A stretch of DNA of 64,000 nucleotides from a virus. Below, piece by piece: positions 19,042 to 25,413 of the stretch (the first letter of the stretch is position 1; each line of letters begins with the position of its first letter). The stretch is from IMG/VR virus record IMGVR_UViG_3300021961_000078, positions 4,118 through 68,117 of that record; one strand, 5' to 3'. The position numbers were made by a program, and so were the translations under genes. The notes under the pieces were generated by a model. It saw only the letters and a program-made list of their open reading frames with translations. It did not search any database and was not told where the DNA came from.

Positions 19042-20382
19042 TTACCAACCTGCTTGGAAAAATGATTGAAGTCTTAGTTGTCCACCCAACACAGGAGCGG
19101 AGAGAGCACCACCGAAACTAATTGCCACGTCACTAATGTTATTAGTAGACAGCAGCGTTGCATCAGCGTCGGGGAATTGGATATTAACTGATCCAGTAAT
19201 GTTTGAAGCATCAATAGTAATAATACCATTGACATCATCGGGGTTGTTGATTTTCATCAACTCCATCGTCTTATTATAGAGAGTTTGTGTTTTTCTCTCA
19301 GAGACGAGGATGCTTGTGCCTGATGTATTTAGAGGGGCAGCAGGGTCATTATTTGGGAAACCAAAATTATATGTTTGGTTATCCTCAATGTTAGATAGAT
19401 CAAAAGCAATCTTTCTACCATCGCCGTCATTAGGATCAGTATCACTAAATACTGCACCACGATATACTTTATTATAAATGGTTTGTGCAGACTCTTCACC
19501 AACCAAAGTAATGTTAAGGTCGGGGAAGATTACTGCTCTATCTTGTGTCAGATTTGAAGAATCAAAGATAGCATAACGAGTAGGATTATTCTCATCATCT
19601 GAAGGTGTGTTAGAGAATGTGGGATTAACCATATTCTTGTTAAACACATTCTGCTCAGTGACATCATCCAACAGTGTGGATTGAGTCAGAGTTGCACCAA
19701 AGTCGGGCAACTTATAGGTGTGCAGACCAGGAGACTCCCACGAGTCAACCTCAAACTTTGCGATCTTATCAGTAGCAGTAGATCCAGTGACCTGTAACTC
19801 TGCGTCCTTGATGATGATCGTTTTGTTGGTGATCGTCTGGAAAGTATCGTTTGCGAGCAACGTTGTGCTTGTAGCAGTGCCAACGTTGGGAAGATCGAAA
19901 CGACGTGTGCCAGACTGTGCTGAGATTGTATCTACATTGATCTGTGCTCTCTTAGCAGGGTTTTGATCACCTTGCAGGAAGAATTGAGCATCAGTTTGAA
20001 TGATAGGACCATTAACTGTAAGGAAACCACTACCCTGTGGTGTCAATTCAATACTAGAAGTTGCTGATGCACTGTCGATTGCTCTGATAATCAGAGTCGA
20101 TGATCCATCGGTGTTTGCTCTTCTAGTATTATAAAACGCCGCAGATCCAAACGTCATACCAATCTCGTTGACCGCAGATTGGTAGATCCCAGTGTCTCTG
20201 TCCAAGTCAAATGCTAGTCCTGGATTGGTCTGAGATCCCGCAGATAGACCACGGAAAAGTTGATTGATCTTTGCCTTGCGGTTAGGAATCAGAGGATCTG
20301 AGATAACAATAGGGAGAATTGCTTCTCCCGTTACCAGATCGTCTGCAATAGTTTCTAACTGCGATATACGTTTGGTTGCCAC
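19042..20382 (-). CDS. Virion structural/fibre protein (446 aa)
   Basis: KRISQL N-terminus, PGLAFDLDRDTGIY, four QTxxNK repeats; GTG start; late promoter upstream. Confidence 0.75.
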   Translation of the reverse strand: MATKRISQLETIADDLVTGEAILPIVISDPLIPNRKAKINQLFRGLSAGSQTNPGLAFDLDRDTGIYQSAVNEIGMTFGSAAFYNTRRANTDGSSTLIIRAIDSASATSSIELTPQGSGFLTVNGPIIQTDAQFFLQGDQNPAKRAQINVDTISAQSGTRRFDLPNVGTATSTTLLANDTFQTITNKTIIIKDAELQVTGSTATDKIAKFEVDSWESPGLHTYKLPDFGATLTQSTLLDDVTEQNVFNKNMVNPTFSNTPSDDENNPTRYAIFDSSNLTQDRAVIFPDLNITLVGEESAQTIYNKVYRGAVFSDTDPNDGDGRKIAFDLSNIEDNQTYNFGFPNNDPAAPLNTSGTSILVSERKTQTLYNKTMELMKINNPDDVNGIITIDASNITGSVNIQFPDADATLLSTNNISDVAISFGGALSAPVLGGQLRLQSFFQAGW

Positions 20383-20410
20383 GAAATCTCAACACGATTT
20401 GCTACAGTTT

Positions 20411-20418
20411 TATTTATA
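20411..20418 (-). promoter_or_regulatory. T4-type late promoter TATAAATA
   Basis: tatttata on + strand upstream of the structural operon. Confidence 0.75.
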
Positions 20419-20419
20419 A

Positions 20420-20791
20420 CTAATCGTCACCCAAGTGATCAGCACAGGTAAGAGTGTCACAAGGAGGACAATCTTTCTGACTATTCAGTGCTTCTTTGAG
20501 TGCTTCGCTTACATTCTCTTTGAATGAGCGATACGGAATGAACATGTCATCATCATCAGTTTTGTAATCCTGGTGTGTTTCTTTGAACTGACGATCTACA
20601 TCATACAACATAGTTTGCACCATGTCATTGATAACTTCCAAGGTCTTTGGTGTGAGTGTGTGCCACTCATAACCAGGAAACATGTCATCCTTGACACGAT
20701 TCAGCAGTGCTCGCTTACAATGCCACTGACTATCAAAGATTTGGGTAAATGCTTCCCAGTCATGTTGTGATTTGAAATAAGGAATACTCAT
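20420..20791 (-). CDS. Hypothetical protein
   Basis: 123 aa, ATGA-coupled run of small genes. Confidence 0.7.
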   Translation of the reverse strand: MSIPYFKSQHDWEAFTQIFDSQWHCKRALLNRVKDDMFPGYEWHTLTPKTLEVINDMVQTMLYDVDRQFKETHQDYKTDDDDMFIPYRSFKENVSEALKEALNSQKDCPPCDTLTCADHLGDD

Positions 20792-21045
20792 TTGAATCCC
20801 TCCACAGGATATTGTTGGGGTTTATCTTTCCAATCAATTATAGCATTAACTAGATCAACCAGTGATGCATCACGACCTTTGAAGGATGCTGCTACGAATA
20901 CATCATCCCACCAGTCAGATACAATGTCATACAGTTCTTGTTGTTCTTCAGTCATCTCAAATTTAGCAAGTTTTGTCATCGCATTGCCATTCTCTTCATA
21001 GAGTTTATCAAGTGCTTCTAATGCTTTTCTTTCTTGTACAGTCAT
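20788..21045 (-). CDS. Hypothetical protein
   Basis: 85 aa, ATGA overlaps at both ends. Confidence 0.7.
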   Translation of the reverse strand: MTVQERKALEALDKLYEENGNAMTKLAKFEMTEEQQELYDIVSDWWDDVFVAASFKGRDASLVDLVNAIIDWKDKPQQYPVEGFK

Positions 21046-21320
21046 CGATAATCACCTGATTTGTAACGACGATACTTTGCTAAGTTGCGTGGTTCAAAAT
21101 CCAGCACATCAAAGCGAATTTCAAACTTCCTCCACCTGAATGTAAAACCAATGTCACGAGGACCAATGCCAATGATTAGGAATGGAAACCATTCGGGAGA
21201 AGTAAAGTCATCCCATTGAATACACATATCAATGAGAGCAAACTTGGTAGAGATTGGGAGCAGTTGGAAATACCACTCATGCCCAAAGTCTTCGTAGTAG
21301 CAATAATCAAAGAGTTTCAT
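21042..21320 (-). CDS. Hypothetical protein
   Basis: 92 aa aromatic-rich, coupled. Confidence 0.7.
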   Translation of the reverse strand: MKLFDYCYYEDFGHEWYFQLLPISTKFALIDMCIQWDDFTSPEWFPFLIIGIGPRDIGFTFRWRKFEIRFDVLDFEPRNLAKYRRYKSGDYR

Positions 21321-21709
21321 CAGACTACTCCGTTTGCGCTGTCAATAACATTCTCTCTATGATGAGCGATTGCCTCCTCTAGTTTCTTAAACTCTTCATA
21401 CTTCGTATGAAGATCTTCGTCCATGGTCAACTCATACTCTTTACAGACCTTACGTTGATCTTCCTCTCGCACCATATCATTGAAGACCAATGACATGGCA
21501 GCAGAGCGAATAGAAACAGGATCCATTCCTACACAGAGGAGAAACTTTTCAAAAAGTTTGAAATACTGTTTACAGTTAAGGTCTGCTGCTGGTGCAGTGA
21601 TAAGATAATGCTCTTCAGGGATAAAATCATCATCAGTCCAGGAGGATGATCCATAGGTGGGGGTGAATGTTGCATCAAACTTAAACTGTACTTCTGCTTC
21701 GTAGGTCAC
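21320..21709 (-). CDS. Hypothetical protein
   Basis: 129 aa, GTG start, coupled. Confidence 0.7.
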   Translation of the reverse strand: MTYEAEVQFKFDATFTPTYGSSSWTDDDFIPEEHYLITAPAADLNCKQYFKLFEKFLLCVGMDPVSIRSAAMSLVFNDMVREEDQRKVCKEYELTMDEDLHTKYEEFKKLEEAIAHHRENVIDSANGVV

Positions 21710-22368
21710 TTGACGAATCCGTTGTTACGCAACCATTCTAGCGTAAGAGGGGTGGGTTTGTAAACCTCCCACATGGATCCGTTTGCACATGCTGACAGTG
21801 CCTTCATGGTCATGCCTTCCGTCTTCCCTGCCCAGGTTGCCTCTGCTTCCCAGGGGACAGCAGACTTGGGATAGGTCTTCTCGGTGATCTCACGCCAAAT
21901 AGAGGGCACCGATTCTTCGGGCATGATGATAGCAATCATACTATTCTTAATAGTGCCTGCCATGCAGTCTTGAGCAGCGTGCCATCCTTCGTGCCTCATT
22001 ACACTCATCAATACACTAGGACGGTGCATGAATCGTTTGTTGAGAAAGAAGTTGTTGCTGACTGTGTGATATACACCACGATGACCAGGGGGGAAATACT
22101 TTTCATCAGCAAGATATACCTTCACCCCAATGTCATCGAGTGATGACAGCATAGAATTGAATTCTGCTGTAATTACATCAAACTTTTCAGGACTATCATA
22201 TTCACTAGCAACATCAAGTGTAGAGAATACTTCTTTAGTGCCTTCGGTGCATTCTCGGAGGATCATACATCCCATAGCATCCATGGTGTAGTAACCCTTG
22301 GTTGGTTTTGCCTCTACGGGCAGATTGAGGCATAATAGGGCAGAAATGCCCAGGAGAAATTTTTTCAT
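21706..22368 (-). CDS. Exported zinc-metallopeptidase-like protein
   Basis: Signal peptide MKKFLLGISALLCLNLPVEA; MRHEGWHAAQ (HExxH) with downstream WEAEA. Confidence 0.7.
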   Translation of the reverse strand: MKKFLLGISALLCLNLPVEAKPTKGYYTMDAMGCMILRECTEGTKEVFSTLDVASEYDSPEKFDVITAEFNSMLSSLDDIGVKVYLADEKYFPPGHRGVYHTVSNNFFLNKRFMHRPSVLMSVMRHEGWHAAQDCMAGTIKNSMIAIIMPEESVPSIWREITEKTYPKSAVPWEAEATWAGKTEGMTMKALSACANGSMWEVYKPTPLTLEWLRNNGFVK

Positions 22369-22490
22369 GAGTTTTTCTTTTCATTTACTGCTTTGCTTGA
22401 CTCATGAAGTTTCCTCAATGCTTTGATAGTTTCAGGAGTCTCATCCCACGACCAAGTGTTACCATTCTTATCGATCAGTTGCTTCTTCAT
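22365..22490 (-). CDS. Small hypothetical protein (41 aa)
   Basis: MKKQLIDKNGNTWSWDETPETIKALRKLHESSKAVNEKKNS; GAGGT upstream. Confidence 0.55.
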   Translation of the reverse strand: MKKQLIDKNGNTWSWDETPETIKALRKLHESSKAVNEKKNS

Positions 22491-22491
22491 T

Positions 22492-22587
22492 TCAATACCT
22501 CTTGATACCTTTAGTGCCTGTTGGGAAAGTGGTTTCCATTGCCCACGTTAGTAGAAGAATAAATCCAAAGACAAATAAATGCTCCAT
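22492..22587 (-). CDS. Small membrane peptide (31 aa)
   Basis: MEHLFVFGFILLLTWAMETTFPTGTKGIKRY; TAATG coupling. Confidence 0.5.
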   Translation of the reverse strand: MEHLFVFGFILLLTWAMETTFPTGTKGIKRY

Positions 22588-23003
22588 TAGAATGATGCTC
22601 CTACTTTAGTGGGGTTATATGTTTCGCCTAAGCGTTGTGAAGTTACGTCTTCTACCCATTCAATCTTACCATGTCTGAAACATATTCGCAAGGTTGGATA
22701 TGGCGCATACTTACAATCCCATTGTGTCGGATAGACATCAATGGTCTTACTTAGATAAACGGGTCTCACTTTGCCGTGGTTTCCATTACTAACCCATGTC
22801 CATGGTAGAGAAATCTCCCCTCGATCTTCTTCGGGGTTATCTACCATATCTTGAGTGCCAGTGTAATCAATCTCGTATAGTTTACCTTCGGGATCGATCC
22901 AATACTCAGACATGCAGCATTCTAGATCTTTACACTGCAATTCCTTGCTGATAGCACCAGGACCCAAATCATAACTTGTGTAAATGGTATCATACATACC
23001 CAT
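22587..23003 (-). CDS. Hypothetical phage protein
   Basis: MGMYDTI..QCKDLEC.M.EYWIDPEG.LY pattern; GAGGTG RBS. Confidence 0.75.
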   Translation of the reverse strand: MGMYDTIYTSYDLGPGAISKELQCKDLECCMSEYWIDPEGKLYEIDYTGTQDMVDNPEEDRGEISLPWTWVSNGNHGKVRPVYLSKTIDVYPTQWDCKYAPYPTLRICFRHGKIEWVEDVTSQRLGETYNPTKVGASF

Positions 23004-23040
23004 ACAGACTCACCTCACGTTTGCCTGTATTATATATCAA

Positions 23041-23112
23041 CTCCCCCGCCAGGATTCGAACCTGGGACCAATCGATTAACAGTCGATAGCTCTACCGCTG
23101 AGCTACAGAGGA
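23041..23112 (-). tRNA. tRNA-Asn (GTT)
   Basis: TCCTCTGTAGCTCAGCGGTAGAGC..CT-GTT-AA..GGTTCGAATCC cloverleaf. Confidence 0.95.
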
Positions 23113-23116
23113 ATGG

Positions 23117-23596
23117 TTATGCTGAGAAACTAAGTGTACACCTAGGACTCAGCACTTCTGGTTTATGCCATACACCTGCTTGGATGTATATTGCATCTCC
23201 AGGAAGGAGGGTGTGGAGTTGCCCATCATCAAAACGATAACTGACAACTCCGATCCCTTGCACAATTAGCACATCCGTTTCATCTTCATGCCCTCCAAAG
23301 TTAGAAGATGATTGTGCAAAGGAAACATATGTATGGAAGGTATCAAATCCGATATGGTCATAAACACGATCACAGACAGGAAGAAAACTTTCTGGTCTAT
23401 AATCACCCTCGGCAACGATTGATGGCATTGCACCAGTCGTCAGCGTAACATCTTCGTTTTGTGCAATTACAGACTCTGTATTGAAACGGGTGACACAAAA
23501 TTCACCAGTTTCAGAATCATGTTGCAGTTTTTCAAAGACATCCTGCCAAGTCATATGAGACACTTCAGGAGAATATGATCTGATAACTTCAAACAT
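23117..23596 (-). CDS. JmjC/cupin-like oxygenase
   Basis: FGGHEDETDVLIVQ, LLPGDAIYIQAGVWH, RCTLSF; start set to 23596 because the longer ORF overlaps tRNA-Ala. Confidence 0.8.
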   Translation of the reverse strand: MFEVIRSYSPEVSHMTWQDVFEKLQHDSETGEFCVTRFNTESVIAQNEDVTLTTGAMPSIVAEGDYRPESFLPVCDRVYDHIGFDTFHTYVSFAQSSSNFGGHEDETDVLIVQGIGVVSYRFDDGQLHTLLPGDAIYIQAGVWHKPEVLSPRCTLSFSA

Positions 23597-23605
23597 ACAT
23601 ATGGG

Positions 23606-23629
23606 ATTCGCTATTTGCAAATAGCGAAT
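23606..23629. repeat. Perfect 24-bp palindrome at the 3' end of tRNA-Ala
   Basis: attcgctatttg|caaatagcgaat. Confidence 0.9.
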
Positions 23630-23701
23630 GGAGAATAGCGGACTCGAACCGCTGACATCCTGCTTGCAAAGCAGGCGCTCTACCAACTGAGCTAATTCCC
23701 C
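23629..23701 (-). tRNA. tRNA-Ala (TGC)
   Basis: GGGGAATTAGCTCAGTTGGTAGAGC..TT-TGC-AA..GGTTCGAGTCC, G3:U70 pair. Confidence 0.96.
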
Positions 23702-23704
23702 GTG

Positions 23705-23784
23705 TGCCGTGTGATTGTGAGACTAAATCAGATTGGTTTGATAGACGCCCCACTGGATTCTATCATAATATCTGAACCACGGCA
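23705..23784 (-). ncRNA. Candidate structured RNA (long interrupted hairpin)
   Basis: Nested pairings TGCCGTG/CACGGCA, TCAGAT/ATCTGA, TGATAGA/TCTATCA. Confidence 0.5.
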
Positions 23785-23785
23785 A

Positions 23786-23857
23786 TCATCTGTCTAGGAA
23801 TCGAACCTAGTTTCCATGTGTGTTGTCCACCCGTCCTTACCAATAGACTACCAGATG
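23786..23857 (-). ncRNA. tRNA-like element with non-canonical anticodon arm
   Basis: Acceptor CATCTG/CAGATG, D arm GTCT-ATTGGTAA-GGAC, T arm CTAGG-TTCGATT-CCTAG; anticodon region only GTG-GACAA-CAC. Confidence 0.7.
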
Positions 23858-23862
23858 TTGAT

Positions 23863-23908
23863 GGAGTAATCGTAATATACCTCAAGGATATAACAGAGGA
23901 TTACCCTC
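23863..23908 (-). ncRNA. Candidate structured hairpin RNA
   Basis: GGGTAATC/GATTACTC outer stem, internal loop, TATATCC-TTGA-GGTATA inner stem. Confidence 0.45.
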
Positions 23909-23909
23909 A

Positions 23910-23983
23910 AGCCCACGGTCGGACTTGAACCGACGACCTACGGTTTACAAAACCGTTGCTCTATCCAGCTGAGCTACGGAGGC
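23910..23983 (-). tRNA. tRNA-Thr (TGT)
   Basis: GCCTCCGTAGCTCAGCTGGATAGAGC..TT-TGT-AA..GGTTCAAGTCC. Confidence 0.95.
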
Positions 23984-24173
23984 GATCTTCTTTATCTAGT
24001 TTGAAATATAATTTATAGTATCGTTGTTTGATACTATCTATAAGGTCCATATCCTCCTTAAATCCCATGTACTTAAGGAGGGCATATGATCCTTCCAATT
24101 CACTAAGCAGTCGGAGAATAGTAACTGGCGTTACTTCAAACCCTCCAAATTCGTAACGATTCGGTTTATCCAT
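23961..24173 (-). CDS. Hypothetical protein (3' end overlaps tRNA-Thr)
   Basis: LRLLSELEGSY.LLKYMGF.EDM pattern. Confidence 0.65.
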   Translation of the reverse strand: MDKPNRYEFGGFEVTPVTILRLLSELEGSYALLKYMGFKEDMDLIDSIKQRYYKLYFKLDKEDRLRSSAG

Positions 24174-24700
24174 AAATTACAAGAGAGGGATCTCCTAATT
24201 ATGTCATGCTTATGAATGGAAACACCATGAAGCATGTGACCAGGAAAGAATACCACATCTCCAGACTGAATGTCAAGGATGTGAGGATTCTTTTCTTTCA
24301 TCAAATCACGAAGGGGACGTGATAGATTTACAGCCCTATTCATAAAATAGAATTGGGAGAATCCCTCTTTATATTCTGGAAAATAAACACAAACAAGATC
24401 ACAATCATTATGATCATGCACTTCCTGATGATCTCCTTTTACATACTCACTCACCCATGGGCGATTCATACGCATTTCTAACTTAGCATTAACTTCTTTG
24501 CAAAGAAGATCAATACTAGGTTGAATCAAAGGAAAAATATCTTCAGTAACTTGAAGTGTTTTAACTGAGCACAGTGTTTCCCAGGGAGCACCATCATACT
24601 TATTCAAAGACCAAACAAAATCGTTTATCTCTTCAGCATTTGGTGCTGAAAACTTCCAGTAAAAATGGTCATTGAATATATTATTCTGGACACTCGGCAT
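24131..24700 (-). CDS. Fe(II)/2OG oxygenase (TIGR02466-like)
   Basis: HQEVHDH, GDVVFFPGHMLHGV, RRSLSCN. Confidence 0.82.
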   Translation of the reverse strand: MPSVQNNIFNDHFYWKFSAPNAEEINDFVWSLNKYDGAPWETLCSVKTLQVTEDIFPLIQPSIDLLCKEVNAKLEMRMNRPWVSEYVKGDHQEVHDHNDCDLVCVYFPEYKEGFSQFYFMNRAVNLSRPLRDLMKEKNPHILDIQSGDVVFFPGHMLHGVSIHKHDIIRRSLSCNLWINRIVTNLEGLK

Positions 24701-24953
24701 AGTTTTCTACCCACTCAGATAAGTCAAACAGAATGGGGTGACATTCCTCAGCAATGAGGTAATCACTCACTCTGTATAACTCTTCCATAGTATAGTGCTT
24801 ATTTACTTTTGCGTCAAGCACTACTTCCTCCAACCCTTGTATGGATTCTGGTAACTCCTCAAAGGTGAAAGGGAGACCCATAATATACCACATATTCACG
24901 ATACCTACATCATCTAGACGGCAGTAATTGTGAGTAATGCGGATCTTTTTCAT
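24681..24953 (-). CDS. Hypothetical protein
   Basis: 90 aa, coupled. Confidence 0.7.
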   Translation of the reverse strand: MKKIRITHNYCRLDDVGIVNMWYIMGLPFTFEELPESIQGLEEVVLDAKVNKHYTMEELYRVSDYLIAEECHPILFDLSEWVENYAECPE

Positions 24954-25201
24954 TAGAAATCTCGGGTCATTTCGTTTAGAGATTCTGATACATATCCTGC
25001 GACAAATGCAGGATCTGGCACAAATTCTTCAGGATCTGGAATATTTATTTGGGATCCCTGACTTGGAGTCGCGATCGGAGTCATTAACACAACATGACCC
25101 TCATGAAGAATCTTGATAGTATGTCCTCGCTCTACTAGAGAGAAAACAAAATCAAAATTCTTTTCCACCTCGTCAGAAGTAAGGGTGATAATACTAGACA
25201 T
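24953..25201 (-). CDS. Hypothetical protein, Phd/YefM-like N-terminus
   Basis: TSDEVEKNFDFVFSLVERGHTIKI...VLMTP resembles the Phd DNA-binding fold pattern. Confidence 0.5.
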   Translation of the reverse strand: MSSIITLTSDEVEKNFDFVFSLVERGHTIKILHEGHVVLMTPIATPSQGSQINIPDPEEFVPDPAFVAGYVSESLNEMTRDF

Positions 25202-25379
25202 AGGTAATCAATTCGGACGGGACATTTTCATTGAAAGATGTCAGAGTCTCGTGGAAACCCTCGGCACCTTCTTCATCAAATTTCCATTGCACGATCTCGT
25301 CGTATCCCTCATTGTCAAGAATCTTGACAGTGCGACGGGGGATGTCAACCCAGATGTGCTCAAGATAGGTTTCTTCCAT
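25194..25379 (-). CDS. Hypothetical protein
   Basis: 61 aa, coupled. Confidence 0.65.
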   Translation of the reverse strand: MEETYLEHIWVDIPRRTVKILDNEGYDEIVQWKFDEEGAEGFHETLTSFNENVPSELITYV

Positions 25380-25413
25380 GGGGGGTCATGATGTGGACCC
25401 CCGTATCATAGCA

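Noticed and set aside
23597-23686. N-terminal extension of the JmjC ORF
   Set aside because: Overlaps tRNA-Ala and the palindrome; ATG at 23596 is more plausible
23786-23857. Functional tRNA with a CAA or ACA anticodon
   Set aside because: No 5-bp anticodon stem or U33-containing 7-nt loop can be drawn; kept as a tRNA-like element
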